63,916 nt of DNA, filler included, from Octopus bimaculoides (GCF_001194135.2; 4 parts of 4 records of this genome joined end to end with filler, not necessarily neighbours in it); one strand, 5' to 3'; numbered from the whole stretch's first letter, positions 38,327-51,772 are shown. Numbers and translations are program-made. The notes: generated from the sequence alone by a model not told the origin.

Positions 38327-38674
38327 TTAACTCTTCTCCAATATTCAGATGGCTTCTAGTCCTCTGTGTCAGCTAAATTTTTTCTCAACTACTACTTCAT
38401 TCTTTATGTGTTCCAATGCAGTTGACTTCACCAATACATCAAGGTGTTCCTGTAAAAAGGCGACATACAAGAAATCGTTAAATTTAGCCCAAACATCTCG
38501 TATCCCTATAAGTTCTTGCTTTTACTCTTGTTCTTTTTTTTATCATTCAAACAAAATGTGTAGCCTGGTGCCCATATTAGTTATCCTTTTTACAAGGTTT
38601 GCAGCATCTCATGTCTTTCTCTTTTCAATTTTATTTTAAGTAATTAATTTATGTTACTGTATGTTTCAAAACAG

Positions 38675-38782
38675 GTATGAAATGCTTTCTAGAAAACCCA
38701 ATTTAGCAATATCAGCCAATGAAACAGAAACTGATGCTATTTCCTGGGAGACAGAATTACCAGAAACATGCAAACTTTCAAG
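38675..38782 (+). CDS. TBK1: TBK1/IKKe-like exon (YEMLSRKPNLAISANETETDAISWETELPETCKLS)
   Basis: aaacag/gtaaat boundaries; 108 nt, phase 2 to 2. Matches TBK1 YKIITGKPSGAISG...IDWSGDMPVSCSLS. Confidence 0.88.
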
Positions 38783-38829
38783 GTAAATTTCAATTGTAAT
38801 TTTTTTATTTTTAATCTTTGTCCCTTCCA

Positions 38830-39210
38830 CACAGTTTGCTTTCTCATTGAGCAGCAAGATGTCTATAAACATCTCAGCTTTGAGCATAGATGCGTGTGTC
38901 ATGTGGCATACCATGACTTCTTCTTCCCTCTCTTTCTTCGTCCCTTTGGTGGAACCAATTGTATAGCTGTCTGGGGTATTCATTCTTCTGGCAGATGGAA
39001 ACCATGATCAGTAAGTCTCGTTTTTCTTTCTACCACAGCCTCCTCATACAGGTTGCTCATATTGGTGCTTCTTGTGACTTCAGAGTGTGCGATTCTGTCT
39101 TTGTAGTTGATCTTGAATATTCTGCAGAGACACCTCTAGTAGAATGCATTTAACTGCTCAGTGATCTTGGAAGTCATTTTTTTCAGGTTTTTGCTGTTAG
39201 GAAGACAATA
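38830..39210 (-). mobile_element. RTE LINE 3' fragment
   Basis: QLNAFY*RCLCRIFKINYKDRI..EV..; RKTRLTDHGFHLPEE. Confidence 0.6.
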
Positions 39211-39354
39211 CTCTCTTCTGTACTTTTTTGGGGTTTTTTTTAATATATTTTCCTTGTATCCAACCCATTTTAGTACAGAACATGATCATTAAATAATAAT
39301 GCTGGTGGTGGGGTGGTACTGGTGGTCTGGTGGTGGTGGTGGTGGTGGTGGTGG

Positions 39355-39389
<35 letters not shown>

Positions 39390-40214
39390 GTGATGATGAT
39401 TTTCTCTTAACTGTGAACCACAAAAAGTAGAGAAGAGGTAAGATCTCAACGAACTGCAACTTGGGTGGGTGACTAAGATCATTGCCCACCTTAACACTAC
39501 CATCTAACCTTTAGGTGCTTGTAGCAGAGTCTAATCTGTGGCAAACATTCATAACAGATCTCCACACTAATGTTGACTCATAATTTAGGAATTAAAAAAA
39601 TTTTTTTTTTTACCACTCTTCTCACTTCCAATTTCAGAAGTTCTACAAAATACGATCATGGGTATTATCCTTCCTCTTATGACTCGGTCTCAATTCTCAT
39701 TTGCAACAATTTCACATTTCTCTTATCAATAAATCCTCATGTGTACAATAAACAGTATGAATCAAATAGACGACTCACATGTTTATGCTTAATACAGCAA
39801 ATTGCTGTTGTGTTTTGTCACTGAAGAACAACTCATTTTATGATGAATGTGTGCTCATAACACTCAGTTCATTAGCACAAGGGACTCTGGGACAGTAAAC
39901 AGGTTGTTCAAGGAAGTTACAAACAAAAACTTTTGTTGATTCATTAGTCTGGGTGCCTTTGATTGAAGACTCATAATGATGTTGAAATCCCAGGTGTTCT
40001 AGAGACCCTTGAGCTAATAAATCAAGTATGTTCATAACACTTGATTAATATATTCACATTCAAATTTGCCAGAGTGTATTACAAATAAATATGCAAGTCA
40101 TCATTATTTTATTGATGTTCTTCAGAAATTGCATCAGATATATACTGTTATTTATCATTCTTTGATAAATTTGAGACTTTCTTATCTATGTACAAAATCA
40201 CTTTATATTTTCAG

Positions 40215-40391
40215 TATTATGAAGAGAAAATTTGAGAAGATTATCAGACATTTGTTTATAACATCCAATGACAGTGCCAGTATACAGGATTACCTTAACA
40301 AAATTGATAACATTTTGAATAAAAGAGATATATCTATATTCCAGCCATCCACTGGAAGATTGGTCACGTGTTACCTGGATAAGAATGCAAA
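40215..40391 (+). CDS. TBK1: TBK1/IKKe-like exon, end of kinase domain and start of ubiquitin-like domain (IMKRKFEKIIRHLF...IDNILNKRDISIFQPSTGRLVTCYLDKNA)
   Basis: tattttcag/gtaaat boundaries; 177 nt, phase 2 to 2. Open frame with positional similarity to TBK1 ...[25 protein letters not shown]. Confidence 0.82.
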
Positions 40392-40657
40392 GTAAATATC
40401 GATTTTCTTTTTCTGTTTATTGTTGTTTAGACTAGACTGGATCAATGCTGACTGAACAAACCTTTGACCAAACACATTCCAGATTTGGCCATTCCATATT
40501 TCTGCTTTTTTTTTCCAGCAGTAAAGTGATGGATTGCATTTTTTTGCTTTGATACAAACGTATAATTGGTATTTATTATTATCTCTTGTGATAATGATAA
40601 CCAAAAAGTAGAGTTCTAACTCAGACAGTGGTAATTATATACCTTACTGTATATACA

Positions 40658-40712
<55 letters not shown>

Positions 40713-40785
40713 CATACATACACACACACACATACATAGTATATAATATAACTTATTTTATAATGTATATAATTTTTGTTCACAG

Positions 40786-40985
40786 AATTCCATATCTGAA
40801 AGACAAAATTGCGAAAGAATTCAACATTAGATCAGATGAACAAATGTTATTTTTCAATTTTATTGAAGTGACTTCTGACTCCACTGCTATTTCATATTTT
40901 ACATCCAACAAAAAGAAAAAGCCTTTGCTTCTCATCGAAAAATGCCCCGTGTATATTGAACTAGACAATTCATCATATTTAAAGG
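40786..40985 (+). CDS. TBK1: TBK1/IKKe-like exon, ubiquitin-like domain (IPYLKDKIAKEFNIRSDEQMLFFNF...KPLLLIEK...)
   Basis: tttgttcacag/gtaaga boundaries; 200 nt, phase 2 to 1. Has the ubiquitin-like pattern L-x-x-x-I...Q-x-L. Confidence 0.8.
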
Positions 40986-43025
40986 GTAAGATTACGTTTT
41001 CCCCTTTCTGTTGATTGCATTTCACTGGGTGTACTTTTCATGTTTGTTTTTGAGGATCCACATATAGATCATGCGTTACTACATTTAAACAAGAATGAGT
41101 TTAGAGGAATAACTCGGAATGGCCTATGACATGTATTTGAACAATATAGACAAATACATCATCATCGTCTAACATCTGCTTTCCATGCTAGCATGGGTTG
41201 GACGATTTGACTGAGGACTGGTGAACCAGATGGCTACACCAAGCTCCAATCTGATTTGGTAGAATTTCTACAGCTGGATGCCCTTCCTAACGCCAACCAC
41301 TCCGAGAGTGTAGTGGGTGCTTTTATGTGCCACCGGCACGAAGGCCAGTCAGGAGGTACTGGCAATGGTCACACTTGAAATGGTGTATTTTATGTGCCAC
41401 CTGCACAGGGGCCAGTCCAGCGGTACTGGCAACGAACTCGCTCAAATGTCTTTTCACGTGCCAGGAAGGCGACATTGGTAATGGCCACACTCAAATGGTG
41501 CTATCTACATGCCACTGGCACGGAAGGCAGACAGCTGGTGCTCTGGCAACGATCACGCTCGGACGGTGCTCTTAGTAATTTACTGGTACAGGTGCCATCA
41601 CGATTTTGCTTTCGCCAAATACCTTACTTCAAATATTCTTGATTTATTAACACTCTACCTCTAGAGGATGTACCAAATGGTTTTCAAAATATCAGCTCCA
41701 CATGAGAAAGAGGGATAATCTCAACATTCAAGAATTCTCCAAAATCCAAAGTCCAAGAATGTCCTCTTATTTCAAGTTAATGAACTTGTTCTTTTATTTA
41801 ATAGCTTGTCAGCTTTGGAGATTTTTTAAAATTCTTGATTTTATCTCCATTTCTCATGTGGATCGAGTCTGGATTGTAATTTGGTAATTCGGTCACATCT
41901 CTTTGAGGCAGAAATAATTTCAATTATTCAAGAATTTGTTGTATGGTATTTGATATACCTGTATTCATTGTCCATGTTGTTCATTTACATGCCCCAAGGC
42001 CTCTCTCAGATAGTTCTTTTAGCATTTTTGTTTAATTCATACAAATTACCTCAGTCCTGATTGTGTTCCACTCTTTTAGAATATACATATATAGTTCTTT
42101 GGCTGCTGGGTAAATGATTGGATACTAAGCCTATCCTTTACCTTAATAGCTTGTCAACTTTGGAGATTTTGATTGTCAACTTTGGAGATTTTGATTGTCT
42201 CTCCCCCAATAGAGTTTGTTTCTACTGTCATTCCTCTATAGGTAAAGAGAATTTCAATAAATTGAGAATTTATGTTGTATGCTATTTCATATACCTTACT
42301 TATTCCCTAGTTTACTAACCACAGAAAGGTGACAGATGAAGTTAACCTGCATATGACTTATTCTTAGAACAAAGATGGATGATTCTAGAAACTGAAGTTT
42401 ACAGCAGGCACCAAAGAGATCAAAGCAACAACACCATCAATGAATAAAAATGACACTAAAAATACTCCAAGAACAAAACAGATACTACCAATTTTTCTTT
42501 TAATGTGCTGATGCCATATAAAAAGCACCCACGCCTGCTCGCATATAAAACTGGTGCCACATGAAAAGCAACTAGTACACTTGGTAAAGTGGCTGGCATT
42601 AGGAAAGGAATTCAGTTGTAGAAACCATACCAAAACAGACAGTTGGGGCCTGGCCAGCTCTTGTCAAACTGTCCTGCCCATGCCAGCATGGAAAACGGAC
42701 ATTAAATTATGATAATGATGATGGATCTTTTATGTAGGCCCAAGGGCTTAAATTTGTTCTTAGTGAACAGCCATTTCTATTGAATTAAGTATTTGACTTG
42801 GTTCTTTTTTTTGTTATCAACCCCAGAAAGATGAACTACAAAGATGACCTTGACGAGATTTGAATTTAAAACCAAAAAAACTGAAAGAAATTCTTCAAGG
42901 TATTCTTCAACACTAAATATTCTGCCAATCAGGCATGCCACACTCCTAAGAAAATTGAAGATGGTTTTATTTTTTCTGTTAAGTGTGTCAGTCAGAAAGT
43001 GCCATGGATCGCAGATTACCTGTGA

Positions 43026-44440
43026 CAGGACATAAACATGTGGTAATAATTACTGTTATTATTACTACTCACAGTTATCTCCATAATCTCAACAGCCAGT
43101 CGAAAACGAGGCTTTGGAATGATATCTAAACATGGCTGACTCCTGTTCAGCAAGGTTCATGACTAAAACAACTAATGATGGCTACCAAACCCTTGTTCTT
43201 AGAAGAGTAAAGCTGTGCTTTCCAATGTGCAGTGATGAATTGTATAAAGTGCAGTGTAATGATTAGGACTTGTTGCAGTCTCTCCATTGTCTGGTCTATT
43301 TCTGTAAACCCATAAATGCTGGTTGTCAACCTCATCAGAGACAACCAAGGTGAACTCAGCGAGAGGACGACAGTTGTTGTTCTTCAGCAATTATTGTTAT
43401 TAAAGATGTAGTGAAGGCACATGGCTCATTGGTTAGGGTATTTAGCTCTTGATTATAGCGTCATGAGTTTGATTCTCGATGGTGCATTGTGTCCTTAGGC
43501 AAGATAGTTTGTTTCACATTGTTCCAGTCCACTTTCAAAAGGCTAGCCTTGTCACACTGAATCTCGCGGAAAACTACATTAAGGATACACATGTCTCTGG
43601 AGTGCTCAGCCACTTGCACATTAATATCTAGAACAAACTGTTCCATTGATTGGATCAGCTGGACCTCTTGTCATCATAACCGATGGAGTGCCAGTATTGT
43701 TGAAGATGTGCATCCTAAGACATTTTTTTGTGTGTAAATGTTTTTTATATGTTTTATTTAAGTAAGAGAAATACGTTTTCATTCATAGAATATGCTTTTG
43801 TAGTAGTTGTTCTGAGGTATTGTCTATCTACCTTAGTGTTTTATTTCTGTTGTTGGGTCAAGAGTGAAGGCAGTGCTTATGAAACCCTTACTGGACCTCT
43901 GAACCTGGCAAGAAAGAGGAAAGAAAATCAAGTCATAAAACTGGCTTGAATACTTCCAACAGAGGGAACTCAGCTAAAGACAGCCAAGGTGCCAGGTTCC
44001 AGTGTTAAGCTGGGTAATGGGTTAAGTCTGTTTATTGGAGATGATTTTTTTTGTATTTTGAGGGAATTTGAAATTTGTTGTGGTAAGAAAAATATTTGGT
44101 CTTTTACTCATTTCAGTCTCTGGGTGGCATCCATGCTGGGGGTGGGGGTCTACCTTGAATCATTTTTGTCAAGCAAATTGATCCAAATACATTTTTTTTT
44201 TTTTCAAATTTGGTACTTATTCTATTCGTTTCTGTTTTGCAAACTGCTAAGTTACAGGACATAAACATGTGGTAGTAATTACTGTTATTATTACTACTCA
44301 CAGTTATTTCCATCATCTCAAAAGCCAGTCAAAACAAGGCTTTGGAATGATATTTAAACATGGCTGACTCCTGTTCAGCAAGGTTCATGCCTAAAATAAC
44401 TAACGATGGATACCATACCCTTGTTCTTAGAAGAGTAAAG
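43026..44440 (+). repeat. About 185-bp direct repeat pair (43026-43212, 44255-44440)
   Basis: acaggacataaacatgtggta..cttgttcttagaagagtaaagc, roughly 90% identical by eye. Confidence 0.85.
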
Positions 44441-44565
44441 CCTATTTATGGCCAATCATTTCCAGTCTTTTGTATTCGACATTCTCACCAGTTTGGTAAC
44501 CAGAATTACTACATAACAAACCAATACCAGTTGTCAAGCAGTGGTATGGTGTGACAAACACATAG

Positions 44566-44597
<32 letters not shown>

Positions 44598-45163
44598 CAG
44601 AGTTTCACACAGTTTCCCTCTGCCAATTTCACTCACAAAACATAATCGAAGATTCTTGCCCAAAGTGCTTCACAGCACCAGATGACTGCTTAGCGACCAC
44701 CATCCACCAGACTTGTACACCTATTGTCTTGTCCTACAGACACAGCTGTATGGATAAAAAGCTTTCTGCTTCACCATGTGACCTTGGTTTCAACCTCAAT
44801 GCTTAGCACCTTGGGCAAGTGTTTATGTAGCCACAGGCCAACTAAAGCCTTGTGAGTGGATTTGGTAGATGGAAACTGAAAGAAGCCAGTTATGTATATA
44901 TATATCATCATCATCATCGTTTAACATCCGCTTTCCGTGCTGGCATGGGTTGGATAATTTGACTGAGGACTGGTGAAGCAGATGGCTGCACCAGGCTCCA
45001 ATCTGATCTGGAAGAGTTTCTACAGCTGGATGCCCTTCCTAATGCCAACCACTCCGAGAATGTAGTGGGTGCTTTTACGTGCCACCTGCACAGGAGCCAG
45101 TCCAGTGGCACTGGCAACGACGTCACTTGAATATTTTTTCACGTGCCAGTAAGGTAACGCTGG

Positions 45164-45201
<38 letters not shown>

Positions 45202-45203
45202 CA

Positions 45204-45259
<56 letters not shown>

Positions 45260-46456
45260 CATGTGTGTGTATATGTAACTCTATGTATCTGTTTGTGTGT
45301 TTGGATGCATGTGTGAGTTTGTGTTTGTATTTATATTTGTCTTCGTCTTCACTGCTTGACATCCGGTGTTTGTTCATTTGCATTCCTGTGCCTTAGCAGT
45401 TCATCAAAACAGACTGGAAGAGTAAGTATGACACTTGGACAAAAAGTAACGGGTTTCATTTAAGCAACTAAACCCTTCAAAATGGTGACCCAGCATGGTT
45501 GCAGTTCAATAACTGAAACCAATAAAAATTAAAAGGAACAAGAAGACAAAGTTCTTAGTAACCCAGTTATATTCAACATCATGATAATCACCATCATCAT
45601 TTTAACATCCACTTTTCTCCACTTGCATGGATCAGATGGAATTCATTGAGGCAGATATTCTATGGCTGAATGCCCCTTCTTGTCTCCAGCCCCCACTTGT
45701 TTCCAGTTGAAATATTTCCTCTGAGTGAGCACAGGGTTACATAACCAAGCTGTTAATCCTGTTGAACCCCCCACCACCACCACCACCACCATGCAAAACA
45801 AATTGGTATGGTTGGCTGTAATGGATATATAATACTGTGCACTTCAATTAATACACACACACACACACACACACACCATGCACACAACTGACTTCTTTAG
45901 AAACAAGCAATATCACTCGTATGATGGCGTTGCTTGTTTACAAATATTGCATGATGTGAAAACAAAGAAACAGAAACTCAAAGCACATACATACACACAC
46001 ATGCACAACTACACACACACATACACTCACACACATTTATACACATGGCACTAAGAAGGACATCCAGTGGTAGAAATAAATCATGCCTTAACAGACAGCT
46101 GGAGTCTGGACAGCTCCTTGCTAGCCAGCTCCATGTCAAACTGTCCAACCCATGCCAGCGCTTGGAAGCAGACATTAAATGATGATGATAATGATGATGA
46201 TGATGATGATGATATAACTGTTTACTCTGAAGAGTGCAGGGTTACATCATTGGGCTGTAGTTATTAGCCAATAGTTATTAGATCTTACAGAATATAACAG
46301 TCAACTGATTACATACCTTTTGCAGTGATATTCTGTAAAGTATTACAAAAGGGAAAAAAGAAAAATTGCTAGGTTACTATTGAAGAGATACAGATTTTTT
46401 TCTCTCAATTATAGTTGAAATCTTTAGTTAAAATCTTATATATTTTACACTGGCAG

Positions 46457-46589
46457 AAATTGTACCAAGCAGTAGCACAATACTTTCTTATGCAAAAGAC
46501 GTATGTTCTATTCTACACAGAATTAAGAAAGAGTTTAAATGCAATGTCAGAACCTATGATCACATCTATCATGCAGTTTGTATACTGAA
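46457..46589 (+). CDS. TBK1: TBK1/IKKe-like exon, start of scaffold/dimerisation domain (IVPSSSTILSYAKDVCSILHRIKKEFKCNVRTYDHIYHAVCIL)
   Basis: tggcag/gtaagt boundaries; 133 nt, phase 1 to 2. SYAKDVCSIL resembles TBK1 SMAKAITGVV. Confidence 0.72.
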
Positions 46590-47240
46590 GTAAGTTTGTT
46601 TTATGATTGCTTATTGGATAACTCTTCCCTTCCTTTCCTTCATGTTTTTCCCTCCTTTGAAGAAACCATGTTGAGGAGCTGAAAACTCATAAATAACACA
46701 TCTTTCCTTTATAATATGATAGCTTGTTTTCTTAACTGTATTTTCCCCTCTAATTTCAAACTATAATCAGTTGGACAATTTTGTAAACTCATACATTTAG
46801 AACAATTATTAATATCAGAAACAAGGATTAAGTAGTAGGCCTGTTGTTGCTATGGAAGCCTATTCATGCAAAAGAATCTAAAGGAAGGCCTCACTTTGAT
46901 CAAAACACAAAGATATAGTTGAGAAATTTGCCTGCAGCTATGGAACATCGTACAAACTGCAAGTCAACTGTAAGGAGCATTTGAGTTGTCTTGAGGAAGA
47001 GGAAAGAAGATTAATGATACTTTTATTCATAATAATAATTTCCAAAATTGGTACAAGGCCTGAAATTTGAGAGGAGGTGTGTTACATAATAATCTTAAGC
47101 CCTGTATTTTACTGGTATTTTATTTTATTGATCTTGAAAAGAAGAAAGGCAAAGATCACTTTAGTCGGATTTGACCCCAGCAAGTAAACAACCTGAACAA
47201 ATATCAGAAGGCTTTTTGTCTCACACTCTAATGGTTGTGC

Positions 47241-48269
47241 TGTAGGCGTGTGTGAACACTGGTGACATCATTAATGTGATAAAGTTTATTTACAGGGTGA
47301 CTCTGAGCACATCAGCCATCCCTACAACTAGAAATACTCTGCATCATGCATTTTTTGTTAAGGATATCAACTTTTCCAAATATTTCATGGTTGACACAGG
47401 AGCCAGTGTCAGTATTTGGCCTTTATGGTTTACTTCTTCTAAACCCCAACTGTCTGACGTGTCTTTATATGCAGTTAACCATTCTACTATCCGCACCTAT
47501 GGACAGGTCTCTCTAACTTTGGATTTGTCTCTTCGTAGAGATTTCAGATGGATTTTCATTGTAGCAGATCTACTGTATCCAATACCGGGAGTGGATTTCC
47601 TGCACCACTATTCCTTGTTGGTGGATATGAAATCTGCAATTCATAAGGACACTTCTACATGGACCCATGTGTTCATCTGCAATGATGCGGTGACGCGTCC
47701 TCTCACAGCTCCATACTCTGGACCTTACTGGATTCTTAATCGCACAGACAAAGTGTTTATAGTAGACCTTAATGGAAAAAAAATACAACTATATCTGGGA
47801 ATAGACTCAAGAAGGCATATACTGACGCTCATACACCTGAGCTTTACCCCTCCCCACATTTACAATACCTTCGCAAACACCTTCCACACCACCTTCCAAA
47901 CCTTACGTCACGTGTGCAGGTCGTACCACATGTTGGCCAAGCAAACTTTCTAAATCTCTTTATATTTGTTCCTGTAGGTACAACAATTCATGTACAAATC
48001 GCAAATTTTAACTGTTTTGTTGCATTTTTGTATTTGCTCTGTTGTATAACATGTTCTTTACATTTAATTTTATAAATATTGTGTTTGCATGCATTGCTTC
48101 TGCTTTGCCAGCTTCTGTAATCACTTTTTCCCATGATTTTGGTTTAACTCTTTCTTAGCCTACATTAACTCCTTCGCATATTGACCTTTCTTACTACCTA
48201 CGGTTTGGGGGAGGGTCATTTAGGTGTGTGAACACCAGTGACATCATTAATGTGATAAGTTTTATCTAC
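47241..48269 (+). mobile_element. Internally deleted Gypsy/Ty3 LTR element with about 54-bp LTRs
   Basis: Direct repeats 47241-47294 (TG..CA) and 48219-48269; PBS-like GGGTGACTCTG after the left repeat; PPT GGGGGAGGG before the right. Protease MVDTGASVS...VADLLYPIPGVDFL is fused to an integrase C-terminus RPLTAPYSGPY. Confidence 0.82.
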
Positions 48270-49291
48270 TTTGAGTTGGTAGCTAGGCGGCACTGAAACG
48301 CATAGCTATAAAGACAGTCATCTCCATGTTCAAACCAGTTGCATTTTTGCTCTATATGGATACACATGTCGACTCATGCAGAACATTTCTTTTATGACTG
48401 ATCTACTTTTGCAAGTCCAGCATGGCAGCTGAAACTAGCTAAACTAATTTCTTTGGGACTTGAAACTCTCTCTTGTTCTCACATTACGTACCAGTGGCAG
48501 ACAATACAAGCAGTCATTAGATAAGTACTTTCCTTTGACTTATTCTAGTGTCAATTTGTTATGTTGACTTTAAGTCTGGCAACACACACTCAACAAATTC
48601 TTAAGTGAATTGCAACCAGCATTCAACTGTTCTTAGTATTAACACGTTTCTTTGAATTGAGTTTCCACTTGTAAGAATACGTTTGAAGTGGACTTCCATT
48701 TGTATGTGTACATTTTCACTGTGTTACAATAAATCTTTTGTTGAAGACACTGTGAACTCTCTGTATCATCATAGTTATTCATTACTAATGAATTAACCAT
48801 ATAACATATTTTAGTTGTCCCCCAAAAGGACGTGCTAAATTGCCAATGTGCAACCATTTTATTGGGAAAAACACTTCATCAAGATACAAACACACATACA
48901 CACGAATGTGTATTGGAAAAGAAACCATTAAAGTGGTACTGCTTCACCAGTAATTAACCAAGATAGTTGCAATTTGTTGTAGTTGCAATTTGTTGTAGTT
49001 GTTAAGCTTCGCATCTACCCAGGTATAACAGGTATATATTAAGAGATGCTCCAGCTATGACCATGACATATCATTATATGTGTATGATTACATAATCCAT
49101 ACCTTTTCTTTCTTAAGACAGTAGGGCATGATTTAAGTTAGTTTTGCCTGCTACTTCTAGCATCTACTTGCGGCTTCCTCATGTGCTTTCATAGAATTTA
49201 TAATGTTTTGTAATTTCCATAAATTCTCACTTACCTCAAACAACAATATGTTATTTGAAGCTTGATCTTTTCAGTTTTGTTTCTTTTACAG

Positions 49292-49352
49292 CTCATTAAC
49301 ATTATCAGAAATGCTGACCTGTGAAGAACTAATAAAGAACTTTGAACTTTCA
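49292..49352 (+). CDS. Probable TBK1-like exon (SLTLSEMLTCEELIKNFELS)
   Basis: Strong tttcttttacag acceptor and gtaagt donor; 61 nt, phase 2 to 0, compatible with the previous exon. No recognisable homology. Confidence 0.55.
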
Positions 49353-49439
49353 GTAAGTTTATCTGTGTACACGTGTACACATTTGTATGTATATATATTT
49401 TATGCGTATATATAACTCTCTGTCTCACTCTGTGTGTGT

Positions 49440-49930
49440 GAGTGTGAGTGTGAGTACCAGTGCAAGGTATGGACACACAAGAAGTGCAGTAGAATCACGG
49501 GAAGATTAATAGAGATAGCAATGTTTGTATGTGGAAGATGTATTGGAGCAACAAATACTACAGACACACAGGAAATGGATTCTTTCAAATGCCATCGAGG
49601 CTCCCTAGAGGTAGTTGATAATGTCAGTTACCTGGGTGACCAAATTAGCAGTGGTAGATGTTCTGAAGTATCATTATTAGAATAAGAATAGGCTGGAGAA
49701 AGTTCAGAGAGCTATTAACTCTGTTGGTCATAAGATGTCTTTCTCTCAGAGACAAAGCAGATTGTATGATACTTTTGTACTGCGCTGATTTGGTCATGTG
49801 ATGTGTACAGATGAGAACAGCTGAATAAAGAAGTGTTGGTCACTTAAAATAGATGGAACTTGTTGAAGAGAGATGCCTAGGAAGACATGGGATAAAGTAG
49901 TGAAAGCGAACCTCAAAATGCTGATACAAT
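49440..49930 (+). mobile_element. RTE-like LINE fragment with Cys/His insert in the RT C-terminal region
   Basis: CKVWTHKKCSRITGRL..FVCGRC..SLEVVDNVSYLGDQISSG, followed by decay. Confidence 0.7.
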
Positions 49931-50165
49931 CAAAACCTGTTTGACAATTACCATGAATAAACCAAGCAGAAAGTCTGAATATTCAAATTCTTCATTTTCC
50001 TTAATATTAATATATATATATTATATATCTACATATATCTGCTACTAAATTAAAATTACCTTCTACATATTCAGTTAAAATAGCCAAGACATTAATAGGT
50101 AAATTACAACAATATTTATTCAGAGATACCATATCTTATATATCTTATGGACATGCTGTGTTTAA

Positions 50166-51138
50166 CCCTGTTATGCCAAGTTCCTGTGGAGGCGCAATGG
50201 CCCAGTGGTTAGGGCAGCGGACTCGCAGTCATAGGATCGCAGTTTCGATTCCCAGACCCGGTGTTGTGAGTGTTTATTGAGCGAAAACACCTAAAGCTTC
50301 ACGAGGCTCCGGCAGGGGATGGTGGCAAACCCTGCTTTACTCTTCCACCACAACTTTCTCTCACTCTAACTTCCTGTTTCTGTTGTGCCTATAATTCAAA
50401 GGGTCAGCCTTGTCATACTGTGTCATGCTGAATATCCCCAAGAACTACGTTAAGGGCACACGTGTCTGTGGAGTGCTCAGCCACTTGCACGTTAATTTCA
50501 CGAGCAGGCTGTTCCGTTGATCGGATCAACTGGAACCCTCAGCGTCGTAAGCGACGGAGTGCCAACAACAAGCCAAGTTCCTGCTACAGCAAGAAGAGCT
50601 TAAATGTCATCTCTGTTTGGCTTCTGCTAAAATGGTAATGAACAACGAATATAGGAAAAAAATTAGACAACTGATCACATTGCTGCTTTGTAGTCAAGTG
50701 TGTTTATGAATCATTGTTAATGGTGCCCCCCCCCCCCTAGCTGTTGCTTACTTTTGTTTTTACTCGAAAAACAAAGAATTTTTGCAATGAAATGTGCATG
50801 TTATGAACCCAGCATTTTGCTTTACAAATTAGCAATATCTTGACTCTTTGCATTGATATTTATTCTTTGGAAGAAGAGTTTACACTTACACCATCAATGA
50901 GAGTGAATCAGACAATGAAACTGGTGAAAGTGATGAAGAATGTAGTGATTTGGGTGAACTAATATGGTGGTTGAGAGATAGGCTTATTATAATTATTCTC
51001 CTGAATGTTATTTTGTGATTCTCTCAATTAGTTTGCCTGCAATCATTACTCTTGAGCTGTATATGCAACTATTTATTTTTTAGCTCAGGAGCCCAGGTGG
51101 AAGGTAAATTTATACTAAGAAGCCTTGGTCTGAGAGGG
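50166..51138. mobile_element. piggyBac-like non-autonomous element carrying a SINE insertion
   Basis: TTAA|CCCT...AGGG|TTAA ends; imperfect TIR (11/15); acidic ESESDNETGESDEE remnant. Confidence 0.5.
50187..50571 (+). mobile_element. tRNA-derived SINE family C, full length with 12-bp TSD
   Basis: A box TGGCCCAGTGG, B box GTTTCGATTCC, (ACA)n tail; TSD GCCAAGTTCCTG at 50175-50186 and 50572-50583. Confidence 0.9.
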
Positions 51139-51299
51139 TTAAAATAGCATGTCCAAAAAAGATTTTGTTTCTGGATGAATATTGCAGTAACAAGCCTTCA
51201 GTCCCTCACATTACTAACTTTAACTCTCATTTTCTGTTTATCATTAGATAACTTCTTATTTCAAAACTGTCATATTTGTATGACAGTGAAAAAGTAAAC

Positions 51300-51705
51300 T
51301 ATAGGCGTAGGAGTGGCTGTGTGGTAAGTAGCTTGCTTACCAACCACATGGTTCTGGGTTTAGCCCCACTGCGTGGCATCTTGGGCAAGTGTCTTCTACT
51401 ATAACCTCGGGCTGACCAAAGCCTTGTGAGTGGATTTGGTAGACGGAACCTGAAAGAAACCCGTCTTATATATGCATATATATATGTATGTGTGTATATG
51501 TTTGAGTGTCTGTTCCCCCCCCCCTTAACATCACTTGACAACCGATGCTGGTATGTTTACGTCCCTGTAACTTAGCAGTTCGGCAAAATAGACTGATAGA
51601 ATAAGTACAAGGCTTACAAAGAATAAGTCCTGTGGTCGATTAGCTCGGCTAAAGGCGATGCTCCAGCATGGCCACAGTCAAATGACTGAAACAAGCAAAA
51701 GAGTA
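51300..51705 (+). mobile_element. tRNA-derived SINE family A, full length with internal microsatellite
   Basis: ataggcgtaggagtggctgtgtggtaag (A box)..ggtttagccccactg (B box)..cttgggcaagtgtcttctac..; tail gactgaaacaagcaaaagag. Confidence 0.88.
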
Positions 51706-51772
51706 ATGATCATATATTGATTCCATTATACATTTATTTATCTTTGTTTTTGTTTTTTTTTTCTTTGTCAAG

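Noticed and set aside
41650-42100. Possible L1/Tx1 fragment on the minus strand
   Set aside because: Only a weak KKSP-like word; too decayed to support.
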